Source: Candidatus Acidiferrales bacterium (GTDB lineage: Bacteria; Acidobacteriota; Terriglobia; Acidiferrales; UBA7541). Taken from it: DNA of 64,000 bases. The translations under genes and the position numbers were made by a program. Where the stretch lies: positions 156,235 to 220,234 of the forward strand of contig CAVXOG010000015.1 of assembly GCA_963763395.1 (NCBI GenBank), read 5' to 3'. How positions within the stretch are numbered: position 1 is the first letter of the stretch; every line of letters starts with the position of its first letter. Positions 10,124-19,900 of the stretch are shown one piece after another. Under the pieces are notes generated by a model. That model was not told the DNA's origin and made no database searches. It saw only the letters and a list, made by a program, of their open reading frames with translations.

Positions 10124-10780
10124 CTAGCTAAGCACGCCATCGTCGCCTTCCAGTGCGACGCGAATATCATCGGCTGGGATAGCTCCTTCGCGTCCCACGC
10201 ACCAGTGGTCGCCTCTAAGTTCAACGATCGTGGACGGCATGATGCCGTTGGTTTCGCCCGCATCGAGAATCAGCGGGATCCGATCACCCAGTTGACGAAA
10301 GACCTCATCGCCGCTGGCGCAGGTAGGAGAGCCAGAGATATTGGCACTGGTGCCGGTGAGGGGTACGCCCAATTCGTTAATTAATTGAGAGACGATGGGA
10401 TGAGCAGACCAGCGCAGAGCAACGCGCCGAGTATTCGCAGTCACCTTTAAGGGCAGCCGCGTCGAGGCATCCACCACGAGAGTAAGCGGGCCGGGCCAGA
10501 ACGCTTCCGCAAGGCGATAGAAATTGTCAGGGAGTTCCCGCGCAAGGATCGCTGCGTGGTCGAGAGAATTGATGAGAATCGGCAGGGCGCGTGTCTCAAG
10601 ACGTCCCTTGACGCGAAAAATCTCATCCACGGCAGCCAGATTCACGGGATCCGCGGCCAGCGCATATAACGTATCGGTAGGCACAGCTACGATAGCGCCG
10701 CGATTGAGCCATTGCGCAGCATAACGGATGGAGCGCGAGTCCGGCTTTTCCGGATTTAACTTCAGAACTTCAGCGGACAA
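10124..10780 (-). CDS. tsaC: L-threonylcarbamoyladenylate synthase (TsaC/YrdC/Sua5 domain)
   Basis: 218 aa. The blocks AVPTDTLYALAADP, FRVKGR and TSANISG are typical of YrdC/Sua5. Confidence 0.85.
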   Translation of the reverse strand: MSAEVLKLNPEKPDSRSIRYAAQWLNRGAIVAVPTDTLYALAADPVNLAAVDEIFRVKGRLETRALPILINSLDHAAILARELPDNFYRLAEAFWPGPLTLVVDASTRLPLKVTANTRRVALRWSAHPIVSQLINELGVPLTGTSANISGSPTCASGDEVFRQLGDRIPLILDAGETNGIMPSTIVELRGDHWCVGREGAIPADDIRVALEGDDGVLS

Positions 10781-10942
10781 GTGACGTTCCTGGCGAATCT
10801 GGATTTACGGTGGGAGCGTTCACCGCTCAACGTGACGCTACCACACGGTTTGCCAGTTCCGCAATGCAAGCGAACGGAGAGTTTAACAGGTGTCAGTGAA
10901 CTAATTGTTGGCTTCCGATAACCTATCGCGATCTACTGCTTC

Positions 10943-11518
10943 TCAGTTGGAATATTTCTGTAGAAGATCGGAGACTGCCTTTTTCAGGTCGGCATAGGGC
11001 ACATCGGAAAAGGGCCCGTGTGTCTGCCAGAAAACATGGCCATCGAAATCTGTAACGACGATGTAGGCATCGTCGGGAGCGCTGAAGTTCACCAGTTTTT
11101 TCCAATCCTCCTGTTTGTCATAGAGAGGCACGATATGCGCCAATTGCTCCGGAGTCGTGTCTCTGCGCAGCCCGCGAAGTATTATGGGTTTTACGAGGCC
11201 GGGCACTCCCTCCACATGTGGCAACTGGTAGTAGTTCACGCGGGGATCGAGCAGGAGTTCAGCGCTGACATGTTTTGCCCAAGGCTGACAAACTTCTCCG
11301 CTCTTCTTGGAGAAACCAAGAATCAGAATCTGGATTTGTTGCGCGGAAGGCTTGGGCAAGGTGACCTCCGAATCGTCAAGAGCCTTGGCCTTAACTGAAG
11401 GGATGGTCTGAGCGGACACGGCACAGGCAAACAGGAGTGCGCACAAGACACCAGGAACAAGGAAAGAAATACGACGCAAGTGTTTCTCCATAGACAGCAG
11501 AGACAGCGTTTTCTTCAC
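10943..11518 (-). CDS. Secreted hypothetical protein
   Basis: 191 aa with an N-terminal hydrophobic signal-like segment (VPGVLCALLFACAVSAQ). I recognise no family motif. Confidence 0.6.
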   Translation of the reverse strand: MKKTLSLLSMEKHLRRISFLVPGVLCALLFACAVSAQTIPSVKAKALDDSEVTLPKPSAQQIQILILGFSKKSGEVCQPWAKHVSAELLLDPRVNYYQLPHVEGVPGLVKPIILRGLRRDTTPEQLAHIVPLYDKQEDWKKLVNFSAPDDAYIVVTDFDGHVFWQTHGPFSDVPYADLKKAVSDLLQKYSN

Positions 11519-11667
11519 TACTTGTCAGAGTAACGGGATAGATGGCGTGCCGAGCCGAGAAGTTGTATGCCAAGGAAGGCGCGACGCGTAAGAGTAATTC
11601 CCTTCTCGGAGACCGAAATGCGGACACTGCACCCTACCGTGAAAGAAGCTGATTTGTTAGAGTCGCG

Positions 11668-12591
11668 GTGATGGCTGATGGGGGAAAAACACGGCGTAGT
11701 GGCGGACGTGCGGCAACGTCTCTGCCTGGACCGGAAGCAGGGGTTATCACCAGCAGGGACAACCGCTGGCTGAAAGCGTTTCGATTGACCTTGCGCGGTG
11801 GGCTGGCAACAGAGAGTGGCAGCATTGGGGTAGAAGGCGTCCGGCTGGTCGAAGAAGCACTGCGGTCAACCGCGACTGTCGAGGCAGTGCTTCTGAGCGA
11901 GTCTGGCGAACGGCACCGCGAGAGACTGGCACCGCTGATCGACCGTGAAGAGTTGGGATTTCCCGTCTTGCGAACGACAGATCGGTTGTTTGAAGGAATC
12001 GCGGACACGGAACATCCCCAGGGTGTGGCGGCCCTGGTAAAGCCACGAGTGATGAAACTCGAAGACCTGCTGGTCGTGCCGGACAAAAGGCATTCTCCCC
12101 TCTTGGTAGTTTTAGCCGGCGTGCAGGATCCAGGAAATGTGGGAACGATTTTGAGGACGGCAGCGGCATTTGGGGTGACTGCAGCGGTTGCTGCGTCAAC
12201 GGGGCAAGGTGGAACGGCGAGTCCGTTTAGTCCTAAGGCGTTGCGTGCTTCGGCCGGGGCGGCCCTGCATTTGCCTGTGATGGAAGGTATGTCCCTGGCG
12301 ATCCTGATGACACAGTTCAGGGTGCAGGGGATCAAGACCGTGGCCTCTTGCGTCCACGATGATGCGCGAGGAGACCTGAAAGCTCCGGTGTGTCCATGGG
12401 AAGTGAATTGGTGCGAACCCATGGCTCTGCTGGTTGGGAATGAAGGTGCGGGTCTGCCGGAAGAGGTTGTGCACAGTGCGGATGAACGAATTCACATACC
12501 GATGGCAACAAAGGTGGAGTCGTTGAACGCAGCGGCTGCCGCAGCAGTTTTGTTCTATGAAGCCTATCGACAGAGATCGAGAAGAGAGTAG
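11668..12591 (+). CDS. TrmH/SpoU family RNA 2'-O-methyltransferase
   Basis: C-terminal SpoU motifs: LAGVQDPGNVGTILRTAAAFG, LLVGNEGAGL and ESLNAAAAAAV. Confidence 0.85.
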   Translation: MMADGGKTRRSGGRAATSLPGPEAGVITSRDNRWLKAFRLTLRGGLATESGSIGVEGVRLVEEALRSTATVEAVLLSESGERHRERLAPLIDREELGFPVLRTTDRLFEGIADTEHPQGVAALVKPRVMKLEDLLVVPDKRHSPLLVVLAGVQDPGNVGTILRTAAAFGVTAAVAASTGQGGTASPFSPKALRASAGAALHLPVMEGMSLAILMTQFRVQGIKTVASCVHDDARGDLKAPVCPWEVNWCEPMALLVGNEGAGLPEEVVHSADERIHIPMATKVESLNAAAAAAVLFYEAYRQRSRRE

Positions 12592-12598
12592 GTTGCGA

Positions 12599-13630
12599 AT
12601 GAAATTGGTCAAGGGACTTAAGAGGGATCGAGATTGTGCCAGCTATGTGAGGTGTGCCTCGTCCTGGATGGTCATCGCGGGACTTGTATTCACAGGAATA
12701 GCGCGAGGGCAATCAAAGCCAACAGAAATGAGCCCTCCGGGAACGCAGTTGGTGATCATTGATACGGATATTGGCGATGATGTCGATGACGCGTATGCCG
12801 TTGGGCTGGCGCTGCAGAGTCCGGAGTTGAAGATTTTGGGGATAACCACAGCCTGGGGAAATACGTCACTACGCGCACGATTGGTTGCACGTTTGTTGGA
12901 AGAGACCGGCAGGCAAGAGATACCGGTAGCAGTCGGCGTTGAGAAATATCCGGAAAAGGGGAAACTCACTTTCTCGCAAGAACGATATGCCATGCGTGGT
13001 CCACAAAGACAATTGCCTGACGCTGTTGATTTCCTGCTGGATCAGATTCGGGCACATCCAGAGGAAATTACGCTGATTGCGATTGGGCCCGAAACGAACC
13101 TGGGAGCGGCAATTGACCGAGACGCGGCAACATTTCGAAAGTTGAAACGGATTGTTCTGATGGGTGGATCGATCTATCGGGGTTATGAAGGGTTTTCGTA
13201 TCCAACGGCGGCCCCAAATCCACAGTCCGAATGGAACATCCTTTGTGACGTGGCGGCGGCGAATAAAGTGTTCACTTCAGGAGTTCCGCTGTACGTGATG
13301 CCGTTGGATTCCACGCAGATACGGCTGCAAGAGTTGGAGCGCGCCAGAATCTTCAGCAGAGGAACTCCCTTGACGGATGCGCTGACCGTGTTGACGCAAC
13401 AGTGGAGCACTACGACCAATTCGCCAACACCAACGCTGTTTGATGTCGTTGCCGTGGCCTATGCCATCCAGCCAGAGCTTTGCCCCACGAAGCCGATGCG
13501 CTTGCGTATAGATAGTGAGGGAAACACAAGAGTGGAAGAAGGAGCAGCCAACGCGCAAGTGTGCTTGCGATCGGACTCCGATCAGTTCTTTGAGTTTTAT
13601 ATGCCTCGCATCCTCAAGGGGAATAGGTAG
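12599..13630 (+). CDS. Nucleoside hydrolase (IUNH family), probably secreted
   Basis: DTDIGDDVDDAYAV aspartate cluster. The track start at 12557 overlaps trmH, so ATG 12599 (or 12668) is preferred. A hydrophobic N-terminal segment is present. Confidence 0.8.
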   Translation: MKLVKGLKRDRDCASYVRCASSWMVIAGLVFTGIARGQSKPTEMSPPGTQLVIIDTDIGDDVDDAYAVGLALQSPELKILGITTAWGNTSLRARLVARLLEETGRQEIPVAVGVEKYPEKGKLTFSQERYAMRGPQRQLPDAVDFLLDQIRAHPEEITLIAIGPETNLGAAIDRDAATFRKLKRIVLMGGSIYRGYEGFSYPTAAPNPQSEWNILCDVAAANKVFTSGVPLYVMPLDSTQIRLQELERARIFSRGTPLTDALTVLTQQWSTTTNSPTPTLFDVVAVAYAIQPELCPTKPMRLRIDSEGNTRVEEGAANAQVCLRSDSDQFFEFYMPRILKGNR

Positions 13631-13688
13631 GGCACAACGGAAGCGAGGCGCGGCGTGAGAAGGAGGGCTGAGTTACACTCGTAGGGCT

Positions 13689-15074
13689 ATGGGATTGTTT
13701 TCGGCATTGCCTGAACCGGAGACAGCGGCAGGATTGCAGCCGTTGGCGGAACGGATGCGTCCGCGAACGCTGGATGAGTTTATGGGCCAGGAAAAGCTCC
13801 TCGGGCCCGGCAAGCCTCTGCGAGTTCAAATCGAATCAGACAATTTGGGATCGATGCTGTTCTGGGGACCGCCGGGGTGTGGCAAGACGACTCTGGCGCG
13901 TGTCATCGCGCGGCTGACCAAGGCGGAGTTCATTTCATTCAGCGCGGTATTGAGTGGAATTAAAGAGATTAAAGAAGTGATGGCGGTAGCGGAACATAAG
14001 TCGCGCGGCGGAGCACGCACGATCGTTTTCGTGGATGAGGTTCACCGGTTCAACAAGTCGCAGCAGGACGCGTTCCTGCCGCACGTAGAGGCTGGCCATA
14101 TTTTGTTTATTGGCGCCACCACAGAGAATCCCTCGTTTGAAGTGATTTCGCCTTTACTGTCACGGACGAAGGTGTACGTGCTGGAGTCGCTGACGACTCC
14201 TCAGATTGTCGAGTTGCTGGAGCGGGCGTTGACGGACAAGGAACGCGGCTTGGGGAATGAACGAATCGAGGTTGAAGAATCACCGGGCGGCGTAAAGCCG
14301 CCCCTACCGGGACGCCAGGAGAACGAGGTGTTGTGGCGGATCGCGGCGTTTGCCAATGGAGATGCAAGGACGGCCTACAACACACTGGAGTTGTGCACGA
14401 GGAGCGCGGAACCGGATTCGTCTGGAGAGCGGCATATTACCGCCGAACTGCTCGGCAACGTACTGCAACGGAAGATGCTGCGGTACGACAAGGCAGGCGA
14501 AGAACACTACAATCTGATTTCGGCACTACACAAATCCGTGAGAAATTCTGATCCCGACGCGGCCCTGTATTGGCTGGCCAGGATGATTGAGAGTGGCGAA
14601 CAGCCGCTGTTTCTGGCGCGGCGTATGGTTCGCATGGCCAGTGAAGATATTGGATTGGCAGAACCGGGTGCCCTGGCTGTTACGCTCGCCGCGAAAGATG
14701 CGTTTGATTTTCTAGGTGCCCCCGAGGGGTATCTGGCATTGGCGCAGGCGGCGGTGTATCTATCCCTGGCACCGAAATCGAATGCCCTTTATACGGGTTA
14801 TGGCGCAGTGATGGAGGATGTGCGCAAAACAGAAGCCGATCCGGTTCCGCTTCACTTAAGGAATGCGGTGACAGGATTGATGAAGAATGTGGGATATGGT
14901 GATGGATACAAGTACGCGCATAATTTTGAAGACAAAATAACCGACATGCAGTGCCTGCCGGACAACCTTGCGGGAAATACGTACTACAGGCCGACTGACC
15001 AAGGATTTGAAGTCAGGCTGCGCACTCGAATGGAAGAGATTCGGAAGTTGAAAGTGCGGGGAGCCGGAAAATGA
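13689..15074 (+). CDS. rarA: Replication-associated recombination protein A (AAA+ ATPase)
   Basis: Walker A GPPGCGKTT, VFVDEVHRFNKSQQDAFLPHVE, and a MgsA C-terminal domain (ISALHKSVRNSDPDAALYWLARM). Confidence 0.93.
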   Translation: MGLFSALPEPETAAGLQPLAERMRPRTLDEFMGQEKLLGPGKPLRVQIESDNLGSMLFWGPPGCGKTTLARVIARLTKAEFISFSAVLSGIKEIKEVMAVAEHKSRGGARTIVFVDEVHRFNKSQQDAFLPHVEAGHILFIGATTENPSFEVISPLLSRTKVYVLESLTTPQIVELLERALTDKERGLGNERIEVEESPGGVKPPLPGRQENEVLWRIAAFANGDARTAYNTLELCTRSAEPDSSGERHITAELLGNVLQRKMLRYDKAGEEHYNLISALHKSVRNSDPDAALYWLARMIESGEQPLFLARRMVRMASEDIGLAEPGALAVTLAAKDAFDFLGAPEGYLALAQAAVYLSLAPKSNALYTGYGAVMEDVRKTEADPVPLHLRNAVTGLMKNVGYGDGYKYAHNFEDKITDMQCLPDNLAGNTYYRPTDQGFEVRLRTRMEEIRKLKVRGAGK

Positions 15075-15982
15075 AAATGATGAGACGGGCCCTTTTGAGC
15101 GTAGTGACGCTGATGATTGGGACGTCGGCGATTTTTGCGGCGGAGACGGCAGGGCGGCCGAAGATTTACGGCATTGCGTACGTCAAAGTGAAAGTAACCG
15201 ACCTGGAAAAATCGAAGGAGTTCTATGGAGGGATTCTAGGGTTACAGCCGGGAGGACCTGGCTGTAAGGGCGTTTCGAATGCTTGCTTCAGCATTAATGC
15301 GGCACAACACGTGGAACTGCTAAAAACGAATGCCGGAGATAAAGGCCCGTTCCTGCCGGAGATCGGACTGGCGGTCAGCAGCGTGCCGCAGATGCTGAGC
15401 TACCTGACGGCAAAAGGAATCTCGGCAAGTAAAGTGCTGCGGCGCCCCGGCGGAGCCCCATACATTGAAGTACTCGACCCCGAACATCATCAACTCGTAT
15501 TCATCGAAGGAATGGCAAGTGAGTCTGGGGAGATGAGGAAAGGGGCGATCAGCAATCGCCTGCTTCACGCGGGCTTTGTGGCCAAAGACAGCAAGGCAGA
15601 GAGCCGCTTCTATGAGGATCTGCTGGGGTTCAACGTCTATTGGCATGGCGGATTCAAGGATGATGAAACGGACTGGTACATGGTGCAGGTGCCGGATGGC
15701 ACCGACTGGATCGAGTACATGTTGAATATTCCGGCGGACGCGGAACACCGCGAGTTAGGAATTCAGTATCATTTTTCTCTGGGCGTGCAGAACGTGAAAG
15801 CGACCGCAAAGTGGCTGGAAGCCAGAGGCGTGCGTGTGGATGGGCCGCCGTTGCTCGGGCGCGATGGGAAATGGCAACTGACCTTGTACGATCCGGACGA
15901 TACGCGAGCGGAAGTGATGGAGTTTACACCTGCAGAAAAGCCGTGCTGTTCGGAATATGGAGGAACGCAGCCAAAGCCATGA
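15071..15982 (+). CDS. Secreted two-domain VOC (glyoxalase/dioxygenase fold) protein, paralog 1
   Basis: Signal peptide MKMMRRALLSVVTLMIGTSAIFA and two VOC-like halves. ATGA overlap with the rarA stop. C-terminus reads EKPCCSEYGGTQPKP. Confidence 0.75.
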   Translation: MKMMRRALLSVVTLMIGTSAIFAAETAGRPKIYGIAYVKVKVTDLEKSKEFYGGILGLQPGGPGCKGVSNACFSINAAQHVELLKTNAGDKGPFLPEIGLAVSSVPQMLSYLTAKGISASKVLRRPGGAPYIEVLDPEHHQLVFIEGMASESGEMRKGAISNRLLHAGFVAKDSKAESRFYEDLLGFNVYWHGGFKDDETDWYMVQVPDGTDWIEYMLNIPADAEHRELGIQYHFSLGVQNVKATAKWLEARGVRVDGPPLLGRDGKWQLTLYDPDDTRAEVMEFTPAEKPCCSEYGGTQPKP

Positions 15983-16902
15983 AGTCAACCTTTGTATTAT
16001 TCATTCTTGTTTGCCTTGCCTTTTCGACGCACGGACAACAACCTAAACGGCCGCAGATTCGCGGTATTTCCCAAGTTCGAATATTGGTGAGCAATGAAAA
16101 GCAGGCTAACGATTTCTACTATGGGATTTTGCGAACAGTGAGCCCCACAGGAACTGAGAGTAGTCCTTGTGACTGGTGCGAACGAGCACCGATTGGGGAT
16201 GGCGTATGGCCAATCGAGTTTGACCCGATTCATGGAAAACCCCCTCATAATCTTCTGAAATCGATCACGTTTCGCACTGACGATGCGAAAGGGCTGCACG
16301 AGCTACTAAAAAAGAACCGAATTAAGGTTAGCTCCCTGAAAATATGGAATGGCGGATCTGGCTTTTCCGCGACAGACCCCGAACAGCATCGGCTCGCCTT
16401 TGTGGAAGGAAATGCTAACTCACCTTCTGAGTCTGGCCTGTCGGGCGCTTATGCGTCTGGGGGACGCCGTTGGGCTCCCATGCTCCATGCCGGCTTAATC
16501 GTGAAGGATCGGGCGGCGATGGACAAATTTTACCGGGACATTTTAGGATTTCATTTGTATTGGTCGGGCGGGATGAAGGATGGGGAGACGAATTGGGTGT
16601 CGATGCAGGTGCCGGATGGGACGGATTGGATCGAGTACATGCTGAACGTGGATCCGAACGCGGATCAACATCTGCGCGGCGTGATGAATCACATCGCGCT
16701 GGGCGTGCCTAGCGTAAAAGAGGCTGCCATCCAATTGGAGAAGAATGGCGTCAAACTAACCGAGCAGCCAAAGATCGGCCGCGACGGAAAGTGGCAGTTA
16801 AATCTCTATGATCCCGACCAAACACGAGTGGAATTGATGGAATTTACACCAGTGGAAAAACCTTGCTGTTCCGAGTTCACGGGGATCCATCCTAAACCAT
16901 GA
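15979..16902 (+). CDS. Secreted two-domain VOC protein, paralog 2
   Basis: ATG 15979 gives MKSTFVLFILVCLAFSTHG and an ATGA overlap with paralog 1. The track start at 15811 lies inside paralog 1. The C-terminal half closely matches paralog 1, including EKPCCSEFTGIHPKP. Confidence 0.75.
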   Translation: MKSTFVLFILVCLAFSTHGQQPKRPQIRGISQVRILVSNEKQANDFYYGILRTVSPTGTESSPCDWCERAPIGDGVWPIEFDPIHGKPPHNLLKSITFRTDDAKGLHELLKKNRIKVSSLKIWNGGSGFSATDPEQHRLAFVEGNANSPSESGLSGAYASGGRRWAPMLHAGLIVKDRAAMDKFYRDILGFHLYWSGGMKDGETNWVSMQVPDGTDWIEYMLNVDPNADQHLRGVMNHIALGVPSVKEAAIQLEKNGVKLTEQPKIGRDGKWQLNLYDPDQTRVELMEFTPVEKPCCSEFTGIHPKP

Positions 16903-18029
16903 CGAGACGAGTTGTGGCGAGATCAGTCGCTCTATTCCTGGTTTTGGAGCTGCTTCCCTGCGCGGCTCCCACTCCTGCGCGGGCACAGGAGATGAGCAAG
17001 CCGGTTACCACCGTCGACGAAGAGGTAACCGCGTTTGCCTATGCGCTTGACGGGCGAATCGCTTACTCCGTGAGGCGTATGTACAAGGCCAAGAAGTATG
17101 ACCTGGAACGCGACGACATCTTCATGCTGGATACCAGCGGCAAGCGAAAGAAGATCTTTTCGGGTGAGAAGTTTTCTACGGGTGACAAACCGCTGACGTA
17201 CCTGATCGAAAGTTTTACCTGGTCGCCAAACAGCAAAATTCTGGCCGTACAGATGAACACCATCACAGTGGACATTGAAGATGGCCACACTGACGAAGCA
17301 CGGGCGCTGTTGTTCATCGACGATTCGGGGCGAGAGCTGCGCCCATCGAGCAAGGGCGTGCTCCTGAATGCGGAGAATCCTGTGTGGTTGCGCGACAATG
17401 CGACCGTGCTTTACATGTCGGAAGAAGTCACGCCGCGGACCCTGTTTTCAATGCAGTACATGAACATTTACAGTGGGCCGGCAGGCAAGGCGTTTGAAGG
17501 CAGAACGTTTGCCGCTGCGGCAAGAATCTCCGGCACCAACTCCGCGATCGCCGTGGAGCGCGACCGCAGCATGGACGGTCCTCCCCGCCTGCAATTGCTG
17601 GAACTGCTGGCACAGGACGACAAGGAAGTGGCGACGCTGGACGCTTATGCCGGCGGGCTGACTCTGTCTCCTTCAGGCGACTACGCCGCCTATTATCTCG
17701 ACAATGAAGTGCTGGAGATTCGCGAGATTGGCGCGCCAAAACGGATTACGCGCCTGCGCATCGGATTAGGCGTGCTGCAGTGGTCCGCAGATGAGACAAA
17801 GATATATTTGAAACGGACTGTCGAGAAGAAATCGGCGGATCTGGTCAGCTTCACGGTGCCGCATCTGGAAGCTTACCCAAATCGGGCAGAAGTTCCCGTC
17901 AGCGAGCCGACTCCCGACTTTCTGCTGCACGGTTTAACGATACGCGAATACGGAGTATCACCCGATGGGCGATTCATCGGAATTGTTTTGCCGGGAAAAC
18001 GGAACCTGCAGATTTTCGCGATGAAATAA
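16899..18029 (+). CDS. Secreted PD40/TolB-like beta-propeller protein
   Basis: Signal peptide ending ARAQE. Repeated WSPNSK, LSPSGDY, WSADETK and VSPDGRF motifs. ATGA overlap with the preceding gene. Confidence 0.6.
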   Translation: MTRRVVARSVALFLVLELLPCAAPTPARAQEMSKPVTTVDEEVTAFAYALDGRIAYSVRRMYKAKKYDLERDDIFMLDTSGKRKKIFSGEKFSTGDKPLTYLIESFTWSPNSKILAVQMNTITVDIEDGHTDEARALLFIDDSGRELRPSSKGVLLNAENPVWLRDNATVLYMSEEVTPRTLFSMQYMNIYSGPAGKAFEGRTFAAAARISGTNSAIAVERDRSMDGPPRLQLLELLAQDDKEVATLDAYAGGLTLSPSGDYAAYYLDNEVLEIREIGAPKRITRLRIGLGVLQWSADETKIYLKRTVEKKSADLVSFTVPHLEAYPNRAEVPVSEPTPDFLLHGLTIREYGVSPDGRFIGIVLPGKRNLQIFAMK

Positions 18030-18085
18030 GCATTGTAGCTAGTAGCTCGTAGCCAGGAGACGGGACAGGAAGAGACTCGAGGTGC

Positions 18086-18520
18086 CTATCGACGGCGCCT
18101 TTTTTTGTGTTCAACCAACAGACACGCATCTTCAACAACTAGAAGGCCAGCGGATCGCGCGGCTTCCGAAGCGACGGAATTCTCAATTCCGAGCTGCAAC
18201 CAGAGAGACTTGGGCTTGATGCTGATCGCAGCGTCGGTAACCGCTGGAACATCTTCCGCACGACGGAAAACGTCAACCATGTCGATTGGGTCGGGAATAT
18301 CTTCGAGACGCGCGTAGGCTTTTTCACCCAGCACTTCCTTCTCGTTGGGATTGACGGGGATGATGCGATAGCCCACGGACTGCATATATTGCGCAACCTC
18401 AAAACTGGCGCGGGCGGGATTGGAGGAGAGACCGACCACGGCAATGGTTTTCGTTTCGCGGAGCACATCGGCGATTGGATCAGAAGACGTAGTGGAGTTG
18501 TCTGGCAGATGAACCTTCAT
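18086..18520 (-). CDS. CoA-binding domain protein (YccU/YneT-like)
   Basis: The segment IAVVGLSSNPARASFEVAQYMQSVGYRIIPVNP is typical of the CoA_binding_2 family. Confidence 0.8.
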   Translation of the reverse strand: MKVHLPDNSTTSSDPIADVLRETKTIAVVGLSSNPARASFEVAQYMQSVGYRIIPVNPNEKEVLGEKAYARLEDIPDPIDMVDVFRRAEDVPAVTDAAISIKPKSLWLQLGIENSVASEAARSAGLLVVEDACLLVEHKKRRRR

Positions 18521-18631
18521 GTTGAATTGGATGCGCTAATCTCCGATGAAGTTAACACGTGAGACAGTGAGGAAATAGACGAGAATACTGCCGTTCCTCT
18601 AATCAGCGGTCAACTCTTGCCGTAAGTTTCC

Positions 18632-19762
18632 TCAAGAATGCTTAATGGTCACCACAGGAACCGAATGCTCCAGTAAATGGGCGATCGCGCCAAGAAGCTT
18701 CGTATTTTCCGCCGGATTGCCAACGGAAATACGGATCGCATCGGGAAACCCCATCCAAGCCATTGGACGCACGATTACGCCTTCGTGCAGTAAAGCGTCG
18801 CAGAATGGCTTGGCGTTCTGGCCCAACTCCATAAACAAAAAGTTGGTTTCGCTGGGAATTGGGTTCAACCCCAAACAACGTAGTTCCGTGTAGAGCCGTT
18901 TCCGTTCCACGCGATTCATCTCGGCAGAGCGCCGTACATGCTCCGCATCGTCCAATGCAGCAAGCGCCGCCGCCTGGCCAATGCTGGTGACATTGAATGG
19001 CGTACGAAGCTTGTTCATTTCGGCAACCAACGTGGGGTGCCCGATGCCGTAGCCGATGCGCAGTCCTGCCAATCCATAGACCTTCGAAAAGGTGTGCAGC
19101 GTGAGGATGTTGTTGTATTGCCGGAAGAGCTTCATGGCGTCAGGAAAATCAGTGCGTTCCGCGTACTCCTTATACGCTTCGTCATAAACCACCAGAACGT
19201 CGCCGGGAACCTTATTCATGAAGTCGGCAAATTCAGCAGCGCCAAAAGCTGTTCCTGTTGGATTGTTGGGATTGGCGATGTAAATGATCCTGGTTTGTGG
19301 CGTTACAGCCCGGGCGATGGCGTCGAGATCAAACGCATAGTTCTTCAGCGGTGTCAGGACGAGTTTGCCGCCACTGGCGCGAATGGCGATGGAGAACAAC
19401 GCAAACGAGCCATCGCTGGTTATACCCTCGAGGCCGGGACGCAGGAGAACACGGGAAGCCAAGTCGATGATTTCGCTGGAACCGAGGCCGACAAAAACCT
19501 CTTCGGACCTAACGCCGTATCGGGCAGCCAGAACTTCACGCAACCGCTTGCTGCCGCCATCGGGATACCAATTGGCATCGCCAAGGGCACGGCGAGCGGC
19601 ATCAATGGCTTTTGGAGAGGGACCCAGTGGGTTTTCGTTGGAGGCCAACTTCACCGCGTGGATCTTCAGGTCTTGCTCTACCTCTTCGACCGGCTTGCCG
19701 GGTACGTACGCCGGGAGTCCCTGGATGTAATCGGGGATGAGTTCTTCGAGGGTGTGGGTCAT
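18632..19762 (-). CDS. hisC: Histidinol-phosphate aminotransferase
   Basis: 376 aa class-II aminotransferase. Motifs KLASNENPLGPSP, NPNNPTG and the PLP-lysine block TFSKVYGLAGLRIGY. Confidence 0.9.
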   Translation of the reverse strand: MTHTLEELIPDYIQGLPAYVPGKPVEEVEQDLKIHAVKLASNENPLGPSPKAIDAARRALGDANWYPDGGSKRLREVLAARYGVRSEEVFVGLGSSEIIDLASRVLLRPGLEGITSDGSFALFSIAIRASGGKLVLTPLKNYAFDLDAIARAVTPQTRIIYIANPNNPTGTAFGAAEFADFMNKVPGDVLVVYDEAYKEYAERTDFPDAMKLFRQYNNILTLHTFSKVYGLAGLRIGYGIGHPTLVAEMNKLRTPFNVTSIGQAAALAALDDAEHVRRSAEMNRVERKRLYTELRCLGLNPIPSETNFLFMELGQNAKPFCDALLHEGVIVRPMAWMGFPDAIRISVGNPAENTKLLGAIAHLLEHSVPVVTIKHS

Positions 19763-19900
19763 GAGAGTCGTTGCCTTCGCATACTAACAAAACTTATGGG
19801 CTGCATATCGATATGCTTATTATGCACAAATGGGGCGCCGAGTGAAGTGACCGCGGGCATAGATGTTCGAGAGAGGAACCGGCCACCTGACTTGCCCTTC

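Noticed and set aside
15811-15978. 5' extensions of track ORFs: VOC2 at 15811, SBP at 8512, scpB at 23041, cobA at 38814, M61 at 44639, ldcA at 47249, nucleoside hydrolase at 12557 and csp at 28690.
   Set aside because: The extensions overlap the preceding genes or lack SD sites. Internal starts give ATGA/TGATG coupling, signal peptides or canonical family N-termini.
19759-19860. The 33-codon uORF upstream of hisC as a histidine attenuator leader peptide.
   Set aside because: It has only two non-adjacent His codons, no SD, and no terminator between it and hisC. The ATGA overlap alone is insufficient. The nearby palindrome is reported separately.
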